Source: Fonticula alba ATCC 38817
Taxonomy: Eukaryota; Protista; Nucleariida
Reading direction: 5' to 3' (one strand)
Assembly: GCA_000388065.2 (NCBI GenBank)
Contig: KB932202.1
DNA: 32,831 nucleotides
The position numbers were made by a program, and so were the translations under genes. The notes beneath the pieces were generated by a model that saw only the letters and a list, made by a program, of their open reading frames with translations, did no database searches and had not been told where the DNA came from. Position 1 is the stretch's first letter; each line of letters begins with the position of its first letter. This document shows positions 23,299 to 32,831 of this stretch, in pieces.

Positions 23299-24141
23299 GT
23301 GCTGCTGTTGGCAAGGAGGGAGGGGTTCCAGGGAAGAGAGGGGGAAGGGAAGGAAAGGGGGGCGGAGGGGGGAAGGTCGATGGTGGTGAGGGTCCAGCGT
23401 CAGGGGTCCGGATGCGGGGGCATGGGTGGCCGTGATATCCACGCTGAGGTCCTTGCCCTGGGGGCTTTTCAGCCTGTGCCCGTGTCTCCGGGTCTCTCTG
23501 GCGGAGGGCCTTGCGGAGGGGGCGTGGGGGGGGGCCTGGTTCCGCTCCGAAGTACCGCTGAAAGTTGCCTTGAGTGGTTCATCAGCGGGGAACCAGGCCC
23601 TCGGTCTCCTCGACCGCCCCGTCGCCCCGTAGGGACGGTCTTGTTCGTACCGCCGGCCCTGGCGTCCTTGCTGTAAACATGCCGGCACGCGGCGGCACTC
23701 CACGGCTAGTGTGTCTCCTCCCCTGCCCGACTGCTCCCACACCGACCCGCATGCGGCCAGGGGATCTCGCCTCGTGCGTGCGTGTGTGTGTGTGTGTGTT
23801 TGAGCCGCCTGCCAATGCGCCTTGACCTTCTTCCCACTGGCCGACATACACCCACCTGACCGCCGTTCCTGCTTGAGGTCGGGCTCCGGAAGCGCATCCC
23901 GTACCACTTCCCAGCTCCCCGCCCCCCGGTCACACGCACACGAATGTACTCCAGCATGCTCNNNNNNNNNNNNNNNNNNNNNNNNNNNNNNNNNNNNNNN
24001 NNNNNNNNNNNNNNNNNNNNNNNNNNNNNNNNNNNNNNNNNNNNNNNNNNNNNNNNNNNNNNNNNNNNNNNNNNNNNNNNNNNNNNNNNNNNNNNNNNTC
24101 CAAAATCGAACTTCTCTCGCTCCCGGCCTGCCCGAGTCCAT

Positions 24142-24215
24142 GGCCCCATAGCTCAGTTGGTTAGTGGGTCGTGCTAATAACTTGGCCGTCGTCAGTTCGG
24201 TGCTGGCTGGGGCCA
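24142..24215 (+). pseudogene. tRNA-Ile(AAT)-like sequence, degenerate (probable pseudogene or low-quality contig end)
   Basis: GGCCCCA/TGGGGCC acceptor stem pairs fully; A box TAGCTCAGTTGGTTAG; anticodon loop CTAATAA (AAT at 24176-24178); T stem GTCAG/CTGGC. The D-stem 3' strand is GTGG rather than GAGC, the anticodon stem has a T-T mismatch and two G-T pairs, and the T loop is TTCGGTG (A58 lost). Confidence 0.7.
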
Positions 24216-25038
24216 GCCTTGCTTTTCGCCGGGGGCTTCTCTTTTCCCGCCTCGCACGTCCCCCGGCCGATCCTCCCTGTCGCGAGGAGCAAGCAGCGCC
24301 CCACCTGGGCCTCAACCCCCCCCCCCCCCCCCCCGTCTCCGCACCACACCCCGGGCCCTACACTGGGGCGAGAGCGGGGAGTCTACCATGTACAGGCGAG
24401 GGGCCGGGGAGTGCGCCCGGTAATAATAACAATAATTAGTCCCGCCGGGGGGCGGGCCAGAGAGATGGGACGTCCCGCGCCCTCCCACACTGCGTGTGTC
24501 GCCATAAACCGTCTGCGAGGGGACCACATGCGGCGGCCGGCCGATCATTAGGGCCCCCCTTTATCTGTGGGTGTCCGGGTCTGCACCCTTCCACACCCGG
24601 GCCGGGGCGGGGGACCGCCAAAGGGACACACGGCAGCAGGGACACCCCTCCGTCAGATGGAGACCCGGGGGAGAGCGGCACCCCCACATGCGAACATGCC
24701 CGCTGCTCACACACGAAATATAACGGCGCGTTCGGGTCCCCCCCCCGGTCGGCCCCGGGCAACCCGCCTGTTGGCACGCGCGCACGCGTCCGCATGTTGG
24801 GCGTGGCGGCCCTCATGCGGTACACCCGGGCCGAGGCTCGAGAAAGATCACACCCGGCGCCCGGGCCTGGAGCATCACAACTCCTGCCCCCGGCGAAGGA
24901 GACTTGGCGTCCTATCCCTGCCTGCGCCCCCCCCCCTCCCTACCCCCCCTGCCGCTCTCGTCGGCTGGGGAACTCTCGGGCCGAGAACGGTGCGGGGCAC
25001 AGGGGCTGGACCCTTTTGGGCGGGAGGAAAAAATATTC

Positions 25039-25112
25039 TGACCACGATGCGGCTCGAACACACAACCTCCTGATCCGTAGTCAGGTGCTCTATCCAATTG
25101 AGCTACGCGGCC
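25039..25112 (-). tRNA. tRNA-Arg(ACG)
   Basis: GGCCGCG TA GCTC AATTGGATA GAGC A CCTGA CTACGGA TCAGG AGGTT GTGTG TTCGAGC CGCAT CGTGGTC A folds as a full cloverleaf. A T6 Pol III terminator follows (+ strand AAAAAA at ~25028-25033). Confidence 0.93.
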
Positions 25113-25277
25113 ATGATTCCGGGGATCATTTATTGTCTTAAGTTCGCGCGCGCGCCCGCGAAGCGTGACCTCCTCTTCTCACCCCCCCCCCCCCCGGCCA
25201 GGGTCGGTCTCTAACTGGCGAACGCAAGGGAGCAGAGGGATGATACAGGCGGCGAGAAGATGCACAGGCATGCTCCC

Positions 25278-26670
25278 TCAAAGGTAGCCAAGGCGACGGA
25301 TGGCCTTCAGCTGCGCCGGGATCTCCATCAGAGCATGCAGGGCGAAAGCCGAGTCCGGATAGGCCGGGTGCTTTTTCATGATCTTGTGGAAGTTCACGAA
25401 CTGGAAGTTGTCAAACCGACGGCCGGGGATATCGTCCTTAAAGTGCCAAGAGGAAGCAAGACCGGCCCGGAAACCGCGAACGAAGTTGCGGATCAACCAA
25501 AGGGAAGAAGCAGGAGCAGCAGCCATGTTAGCATGAAGCCAGGGAGGGAGAGCCGGACAGGTGGGCGATCACCAACCGCCCGCCGTCCTCGGTGAGGGCA
25601 CAAAAGGTCCGCCGTACGTAGTACTTCATCTGGTCCCACGGACCGTCACCAACGCCGACCACCACAATGCTCAGCGGGTAGTTGGACGCCTCGATAATGG
25701 CGTCGCGCGTGCGCTTGACATTGGACACCTGGCCATCGGCCACGATAACCAAGATGTGATACTGGGCGCATCGGAGCGGGCGACCCGGGAGGAGGTGGCC
25801 ATTCCTTGTCAGTAAGCCGTCACCAAGAAGCACAACCCCAAGGGCCAAGGCAGGGAGGAGGGCCGAGAGTCAGCAGCCAGGCAGCCCCGAAAAGGGGAAG
25901 TCTCATACCTGGTTGCGATTCTGCCGGACAATTTCCAGGGCCACATTGATGGCAGGCGCAAAGCACGTCGGGCCGGACATCTGAACATGCGGAGTCACAT
26001 CGATGTAGCGCTGCATGACCTCCTGGAAGGTGTGGCATCCGCGCGGGTCCGAGTGGATGGGGAAGACGCTGGCGATGGGGTGGGTGGGGGGGGCCGGGCC
26101 GAGGTAGGGGGAGGGGGGGGATGGTGGGAAGGTGGGCGGTGGGGGCATGGAGATGGCCATAGGACGGGGGTCGTCTGAGGTGGAAGAGGAAGCGAGGAGG
26201 GGAGGGGGGGGGGAAGGGGGGACCCGAGGCCAGCCGAGAAGAGGTCCCAGAGAAGGGCAGGGAAGCCGCACGCACCCGATGTCAGCGGTGTTCACATCAC
26301 CGAAGCCATAGGCCGGGATGATCTTATCCTCATCGAAGCACTCTAGACAGGCGGAGGGGAAAGAGAAAGGGGCAGGGGGAATGGGCAAGGCAGATGTGTC
26401 AGGGGAAAGGCCGGGAGGGGGACATGTCGGACTGTCTGCCGGTCGACCCTGGCGCACCAAGCGTCGACCCGATGATGCTGATTGCCTGTTGGTAGGGGTT
26501 CAGCTGATCGCGGTTCGGGTCCAGCCAGTGCAGGCACCGGCCACCGAAGGACTCCTGGCCGGTCTGCAAGTTGGAGGCCGTGTAGTCGATGGCGAAGATG
26601 AGGTTCGAGGACTCGAGGTTCGCCTGGCGCAGGGCATTCTGCACATCCTGCAGGGTCCGATACTTGTCGG
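25278..26670 (-). CDS. Copine-family vWA protein of RGLG type without C2 or RING domains (first exon unresolved)
   Basis: Exons 26458..26670, 26276..26342, 25909..26068, 25618..25761, 25278..25436 join in frame: [33 protein letters not shown]...[30 protein letters not shown]...[11 protein letters not shown]...[13 protein letters not shown]...[16 protein letters not shown]...[11 protein letters not shown]...[16 protein letters not shown]. This follows the RGLG/copine vWA motif series. Confidence 0.88.
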
Positions 26671-27182
26671 CTACATCGGAAAGGGGTGAGACGAAGGCAG
26701 AGGGGAGGGGAGAGAGCGGAGCCGGCGCAGGGGCAGGCGCAGGGAGGCAGAGGCAGGGAGGAATGGCAAAGGACACAAGGGAATAAGGAGGGAGAGCAGG
26801 CAGCCCGCGCCAAGGACAGGAGGGGGGACGGGGGGGGCGGGGATGCGGAGGAAAAAGGAGGGCTGGTGTGGGCAACATCATACGGCCAGGCGTGGCCTGC
26901 CAAATATATAGGCTGCCCCTGTTGCCACGATCAGCTGGCGCGGGAATAAGTGCATACAATCAGGAAGGCAGCGGCGCCCTCCCCAAGAGCCAGAGATGCG
27001 TTGTAAGTTCCCTCAGCGGCCCCCACGAGCCCTCGAGTGTCCTCCCACGGGAAAGGCGGCCTGTGGTCTGGGCGAAGAAAAATACCAGCTAGAGATGGCG
27101 ATTTGGGATCGATCTGATCGGGGGAGCGGGAATGCCGTCGGCCGATCGGCCGGTGGGGGAGGGGCGCAAAAAAGGAAGGGTC

Positions 27183-27256
27183 TGTCCGAACCAGGACTCG
27201 AACCTGGGACATTCTGTGTGTTAGACAGATATGATAACCATCTACATCATTCGGAC
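27183..27256 (-). tRNA. tRNA-Val(AAC)
   Basis: GTCCGAA TG ATG TAGATGGTTAT CAT A TCTGT CTAACAC ACAGA ATGTC CCAGG TTCGAGT CCTGG TTCGGAC A gives fully paired stems. A T6 terminator follows (+ strand A run at ~27169-27174). Confidence 0.95.
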
Positions 27257-27525
27257 ACAAGAGGCCGATGGCCGAAAGCCCCCATATTCCACGGCCTTGA
27301 TGGTTATGGAGGTTTGTCCATGCCCAGGTGTCACGATCTTCCGTGGGATTGATGTGCCCTCGCCACGCCGGATCCGCCCGGCACCAGAGAATCGGTGTCA
27401 GTCCACGGCTCTCTCGGGCCTCGTTCGGGATGAACCGAAGCGGGAACCCGCCGCCGGTGCCCATCTCCCCCGCAGGACCGAGGGCGCCAGGGCAAAGAGG
27501 GGGAATATCTAAGGAATATATTACT

Positions 27526-28728
27526 CTACACAAAGATCAGCATGGAGAGGATGACATTGACACTGAGGCCGAACATCAGGCCTTTGGGAGCCCGGCCAAG
27601 TGGTGGTGGTGGTGGCGGTGGCAGTGGCGGCGGCGGTGGCAGTGGCGGTGGCGGTGGCAAAGGCGGCGGCGGCGACGTGGGAGGGAGGCGTCAGTTGGGG
27701 CCAAAGTAATACAGGTCAATCTCAAAAAGCAGCAGGGAAGAAGAGCACTGGTTGCGGACCCAAACGCCACCGGGGCCCGGTGGGCACCGACACCCGCCGT
27801 GCGGGGTTGACAATCTGCCGGAGGCTGTCCCCCGCGGCCGAGTTGATGAAGAGGGCCAGCGGCCCGAGGAGGAACCCAAGCAACAGACCCCGGGCCAGGT
27901 CCATGAATGCGCCAGACTCCGGGCGATCAGCTGCACCACACACACACACACGCATACATGCACACGCGCAAACATTCAGGCAACCAGCATGAAGCGTTGT
28001 CAGCAGGCAGGCGGGAAGGGGGAAAAGAAAAAGCCCAGCCATCATCCCCGTCCTCGGGCGCATGCTCCCCCCACATCTTTTTGTGTCCACCCGCCCGGTC
28101 TCTTGGGAGGCGATGGCACGCACTGTCGGGGTTGCCGATCAACGCGCCGGCCGGGGCAGTCGGGGCCGCCTGCGGCCCGTCATCTGTACCCATCGGAATT
28201 GCCACGCCATCTGGCCCAGTTGCAGTACGCCCGGCGCCAGCGGCCCCGGCGCGTGATTCCACCAACGAATCCAGCCAGAGATCTTCCAAGCGCCTGCGTG
28301 TTGCTTGGTGGGCAGGCCGTTGTAAGTTTGGCAGTGGAGGGGAGGCGAGAGGAAAGAGGGAAGAAAGAGAGGGAGGGAGAAAGGAGCGGAACAAGAGGCT
28401 GGGGGAAAAAAAAGGGCAAAGAAGCAGCGGACAAAGACCAGGTCCTCACGCCTCGCTCATTCGCCAGGCGGGAACATACCCTCATCCGAAGCGACATAAT
28501 GCCCGGCGGCGGGGGCGCCAGTGGCCGTGGCCCCATGGCCCGGTCGAGCGCCCGGTGCTGCCAGCGCGGCTCGATGTTCGCGCTCCATCAATGAAGCGGC
28601 GGCACCCTGGTGGAAGAGCAGCCGGAGTGCCTGGATTTCCGGATCCGACATCCCCGCAATCACTCGCAACCGATCGAAGCCCGTGGCAGGAAGATTCTGG
28701 TGGCCCATAACCGGCTGGTCAGTCGTCA

Positions 28729-28777
<49 letters not shown>

Positions 28778-29417
28778 GAAAAGCCCGGGGCGGTATTTCG
28801 CCGAGTCCCGCATGTGGCCACGTACAATGTCCGATGCATCACTTGCCGGGGCCGCGCGTTCATTTGACCCAGCCGGCCGCTCACTGATCGAGCATATCAG
28901 CGTGATCGAGTGTGTGATACGAGCATCGGTGCCTGCCGGGGCCGGCCAAGCCAGTGGCAACAGAGCCGCTCGTTGGCCCAGAATTCCGCCAGCAAAGATG
29001 AACCGCAAGTGACAGCTCTCCAGCCCGGAGGGTGGGGTCTGCCCGGGTGCCAGCATGTCAGTGGAGAAGACCAGGACAACCCCCTCCAGCATGGCGGTCA
29101 ATCGCCGGTCGCCATCATGCCCACGCTCGAGATGCGGCACGTACATCATACTGGCCCAGTAGCTCGGCTGCCTGAAGCGCCGTATGCACTTCGCCTGGGG
29201 GAGGTCCACCACCGCGCAGCCACGCCAGAATCACCCGAGTATTGGCATGCGCCGCTGGCAATAGGAGTCGACAATCCGCCGGCGGCAAGTGCCCCGATGC
29301 TCCAGACGGGCGCTGTCCCGGCACCGTGCCCGAGAAGCGCAGAAGGACCTCGACAAAGCCAGCGTCTGAGGGTGATGGCGATGACGCGGTCGCCGCCGCT
29401 GAAGCCGGGGGTTGCAT
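27526..29417 (-). CDS. DSC3: Dsc3-like (DUF2407 UBL domain + DUF2407_C with two TM helices) Dsc E3 ligase complex subunit, ~375 aa, 6 exons
   Basis: complement(join(27526..27581,27760..27930,28124..28303,28480..28714,28826..29038,29145..29417)) = 1128 nt, in frame. UBL-like motifs VLLRFSG, HLRFIFAGGIL, LICSISE; signature GFDRLRVIAGMSDPEIQALRLLFH; RRLEDLWLDS; C-terminal DLARGLLLGFLLGPLALF and GLMFGLSVNVILSMLIFV. Confidence 0.8.
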
Positions 29418-30198
29418 GTTGGAGAAGCAGGCCCGATCTTCTTCTTCCTCGCCTCCCGGACGCTTCCTCTCGGTCTTTCTTTGCTCTCGGCGGCAGGGGA
29501 GCCCGAGTCGACGCGAGCGTGCTGGGCGCCTGGGGCGCGCGCAAGTGCTTGCCTTTGTGGAGGCGCTTTGAGCCCGAGCCCAAGAAAGGGAGGCTGTAAA
29601 GGCGTCTGAAGCTGTCGGAGAGGCAGGAGAGACAGGAGTGGAGAGCGAGGCAGGAGTAGAAGGAAAAGGGGGAGGGGAGGGCGGAGGAGGGGGCGATGGG
29701 GGGAGGGGGGGGGAGGAAGAAAAGGAGGCGAACGAGGAGAGGGGAGAGGTGAAGAAGCAGTTCAGGCCAGAGGATGTCCTTCGGACGAGCCGGATGCCAG
29801 CACAAAGCCCGGGCGCGATCTGCCACCGGGGGAACGGGGTTGAATCGATCCGTTGGCACATATCGGACTGACACATGATGAGCACTTTTTTTTGACGTCC
29901 AGTTTACTAGCGTTTTCCTTTTTCCCCTCTCGGAACGGGCCCTCGGGCTTGGCCATGGGCTTGGTGGGCCTCGCATGCACCGGCGAAGCCTGTTCATCCG
30001 GAGGCTGACAGATCGCCGACACCCTGCGGAGGACCCCTTTCGTGGGTGGGCTCTGCTGGCATCCCGGCTGCCGGGCCCAATCGACTGGGTTGACGCAATG
30101 CTCCGGCGATCCGATGTGTGTGCTCTTAAGAACCACGTCATCATTCCGACGAGCTGGCCACTCCAGGCAGCCATTCCTCCCCCCCCCCCCCCCCCCCC

Positions 30199-30603
30199 NN
30201 NNNNNNNNNNNNNNNNNNNNNNNNNNNNNNNNNNNNNNNNNNNNNNNNNNNNNNNNNNNNNNNNNNNNNNNNNNNNNNNNNNNNNNNNNNNNNNNNNNNN
30301 NNNNNNNNNNNNNNNNNNNNNNNNNNNNNNNNNNNNNNNNNNNNNNNNNNNNNNNNNNNNNNNNNNNNNNNNNNNNNNNNNNNNNNNNNNNNNNNNNNNN
30401 NNNNNNNNNNNNNNNNNNNNNNNNNNNNNNNNNNNNNNNNNNNNNNNNNNNNNNNNNNNNNNNNNNNNNNNNNNNNNNNNNNNNNNNNNNNNNNNNNNNN
30501 NNNNNNNNNNNNNNNNNNNNNNNNNNNNNNNNNNNNNNNNNNNNNNNNNNNNNNNNNNNNNNNNNNNNNNNNNNNNNNNNNNNNNNNNNNNNNNNNNNNN
30601 NNN
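30199..30603. other. Assembly gap (405 N) where Rpn10 exon 1 and the start of exon 2 are expected
   Basis: Run of N directly before a mid-exon Rpn10 sequence. Confidence 0.95.
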
Positions 30604-32114
30604 GATGCCGCTGCGAGTGCCATCACCCACAAACTCCGCAACCAGGAAAGCGCAGTTTCTCTCCTTTCCACCACCCTCGGAGATGGCGGTGGGTGCGTTC
30701 CTTTCCCCCCTCACTGTCCCGCTCTTTCTCCTCCCCTCTCTCGCTCTCGCTCTCGCTCTCGCTCTCGCTCTCGCTCTCCCTGTTCACCCCCTCGCCTCGC
30801 CCCTTGGACACCCTTCTGCCAACTCGTTCTCTTGCCGTTTGCTCCTCCCCCCCTGCTAACCATCCTCCCACTCGTAGCCCCACTGTCCTGACTACCTTCA
30901 CTCGCGATGTGTCGCGCTTGCTCACGTCCCTCCACTCGGCTCGGCCATCGGCCGGCTCGTCCGATGGTCCAGGCCACAAGAAGGCCTCGGGATCCGGGTC
31001 CTCCGGCACCCAGAGCACCCTTCCCGCGGGTGCCGCCTCCCTGGCCAGCGCCATCCAGGTTGCCCTGCTGGCCCTGCGCCATCGCCCCCTCAAGAACCAG
31101 AGCCAGCGCATCATCGCCTTTGTCGGGCGGCCGCTGGACCCGAAGCAGGACCCCGCCCTGGCCGGGCCGACAGGCACCCCGGAGGACGGCACCGAGAGCC
31201 CCCTTGTCGCTGCTTTCAAGTCCCTCGGCCTGCGACTGAAGAAGAACAATGTCGCCATCGACATTGTCAGTTTCGGAGAAACCGCCTGCAACAATGAGGC
31301 CCTCTCGATGCTGGTCAATTCCGCCAACAACACCTCCTTCCCCTGGTATGTGGTCTCTGCCCCGTCGGTGTCCCTCGCATGCCCCTTTCGCGTCTTGTGC
31401 CTTTTTCTCTCTCTCTCTCCTTCATCCATGCATCTCTTTTGACCATGTGTCCTCCTTGGCTCCTCCCTCACCTGGCTCCCCCTTCCCCCCTGCCGGTCCC
31501 GTGTCCTTAGCAACCTCCTTACCGTGGCTCCGGAGGAGAACCGCCTCCTGGCCGAGGCCCTTGTCCAGTCGCCCATCCTCATGTCCGGAGATTACGACAA
31601 TGGCCCGATGTATGGCGCTGCCGATGATGATGTTTATGACTCGGAGCTGGCGCTGGTGCGTTTCCCCTCAAACCCTTCTTCATGCTCCTTCTGCCACACT
31701 CCGGAGCTGCCCTCCCGCCTCCTTGCCAACTCCCCTCCCCATCATCCGGACAAATATTGATGGTTTGCATTCCTCCTCTTGCCCCCTCCGCCCCTTTCCG
31801 GCCATCCAACACCCCTCCAGGCCCTCCGTCTGTCGCTCGAGGAGCACGTCGAGCGCGAGCGCCGTGCCATGGAAAACCCAGACGCGTCAGATGCCGGCAC
31901 TGCGGATGCCCAGCCGCCCGCCAGCGCCTTCGATGCCATGGATGATGACTTCGATGATGCGATGTTTGATGAGAACGAGCTTGCCCAGGCGATTGCCCTT
32001 TCGCTGGCCGCTGCCGCCGAGTCTGCCCAGCCTGATGCTGCCCCGGAGGACGATGGCTCTTCCGATTCGTCTCAGTCTGGTGCCGGCCCCTCGGATTCGA
32101 TGGATGTCGAGTGA
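30604..32114 (+). CDS. RPN10: 26S proteasome ubiquitin receptor Rpn10/PSMD4, 3' portion (rest of vWA domain plus two UIMs)
   Basis: Exons 30604..30692, 30878..31345, 31511..31655, 31821..32114, with consistent phases. Motifs: IQVALLALRHRPLKNQSQRIIAFVGRP, LKKNNVAIDIVSFGE, LAEALVQSPIL, UIM1 DSELALALRLSLEE, UIM2 ENELAQAIALSL. Branch site GCTAAC at 30855. Confidence 0.93.
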
Positions 32115-32351
32115 GGCCCCGTCAAATGGCCCTCCCCTGGCATACATCTGTCACCGAGGACAGGAAGGGTCGGGCGGAAGGCGTGCACATCCCCGACAAG
32201 TGGGTTTCCATGGCGCACTTGGAGAAAATCCAACAGCGCCGAGCGCACCCACGCGCGTACGCGCACATACGACCCCCCCCCCCCCCCCNNNNNNNNNNCG
32301 CCCCTCCCGCCCGCCCGCCCCGTCTACATTTCCTTGGCACTCGTCACCACC

Positions 32352-32731
32352 ATGTCCGAGGCCACCATCATCTGGTAGGCAACTCCCTCGCATCTCTTTC
32401 CTCTCTCTCTCTCTCTCTCTCTCCTTCTCTCTCCTCTCTCTCTCTCTCTACTTCTCTCTTCGCTTCCCTCTCCGCTTCCCTCTCTCCCTGTGCTTTTATT
32501 TCCATTCATCCCCCTAACAGCTTTGCTGCTTTCCTCCATCTCTCCCCCGCCCTACTTCCACCTCTCCCTCCACCTCAGCATTGATACTTCAGAGTGGATG
32601 CGCAACGGGGACTATGCCCCCTCGCGGATCCGCGCCCAGGCCGATGCCGCTGCGAGTGCCATCACCCACAAACTCCGCAACCAGGAAAGCGCAGTTTCTC
32701 TCCTTTCCACCACCCTCGGAGATGGCGGTGG
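32352..32731 (+). CDS. RPN10: Rpn10/PSMD4 5' portion (exons 1-2), placed downstream of the 3' portion
   Basis: join(32352..32374,32579..32731) encodes MSEATIICIDTSEWMRNGDYAPSRIRAQADAAASAITHKLRNQESAVSLL, the canonical Rpn10 N-terminus. 32643-32831 duplicates 30604-30793. Confidence 0.9.
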
Positions 32732-32831
32732 GTGCGTCCTTTCCCCCCTCACTGTCCCGCTCTTTCTCCTCCCCTCTCTCGCTCTCGCTCTCGCTCTCGC
32801 TCTCGCTCTCGCTCTCCCTGTTCACCCCCTC

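Noticed and set aside
20665-23676. Plus-strand ORFs of 424 and 332 aa
   Set aside because: Antisense shadows of sphingomyelinase exons.
27597-27677. GGC/TGG triplet-like repeat that could encode poly-Pro
   Set aside because: It lies in the 178-nt last intron of the DSC3-like gene; retaining that intron would break the frame of the conserved C-terminal helix.
20449-29417. Sphingomyelinase + copine + Dsc3 as a membrane-lipid functional gene cluster
   Set aside because: The link is only thematic; these are widespread genes with no shared regulatory signal visible, and eukaryotic neighbours are usually unrelated.
1-32831. Transposons, CRISPR arrays, rRNA, snRNA or snoRNA
   Set aside because: No transposase or RT motifs, terminal inverted repeats, spacer-separated repeats or recognisable snRNA/rRNA sequence were found by eye.

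Overview
GC-rich eukaryotic genomic DNA from a draft assembly with five N-gaps (7477-7816, 9734-9743, 23962-24098, 30199-30603, 32289-32298). Introns are short GT-AG, pyrimidine- and microsatellite-rich, and there are many G/C homopolymers. The gene set (Dsc3-like, DUF3712-like, hybrid histidine kinase) suggests a fungus-related opisthokont, and the style resembles Fonticula alba; this is inference only. Splice models were built by hand and are frame-consistent. They give: the 5' end of an Ala/Pro/Lys-rich protein with a PAM2-like N-terminus (-); a 6-exon DUF3712/Tag1-like type II membrane protein (-); a ~7.6 kb divergent region with no recognisable gene; a 2364-aa soluble PAS-like hybrid histidine kinase whose HisKA, HATPase and receiver domains are each split by long low-complexity insertions (+); an acid sphingomyelinase with a saposin B domain (-); three A34 tRNA loci (Ile-AAT degenerate, Arg-ACG, Val-AAC); a stand-alone RGLG-type copine vWA protein (-); a Dsc3-like protein (-); and proteasome subunit Rpn10, whose 5' exons lie downstream of its 3' exons, most likely a misplaced contig. 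Most ORFs in the supplied track are shadow frames. I found no mobile element, CRISPR array or clearly novel multi-gene system. The kinase architecture is the most unusual biology here.
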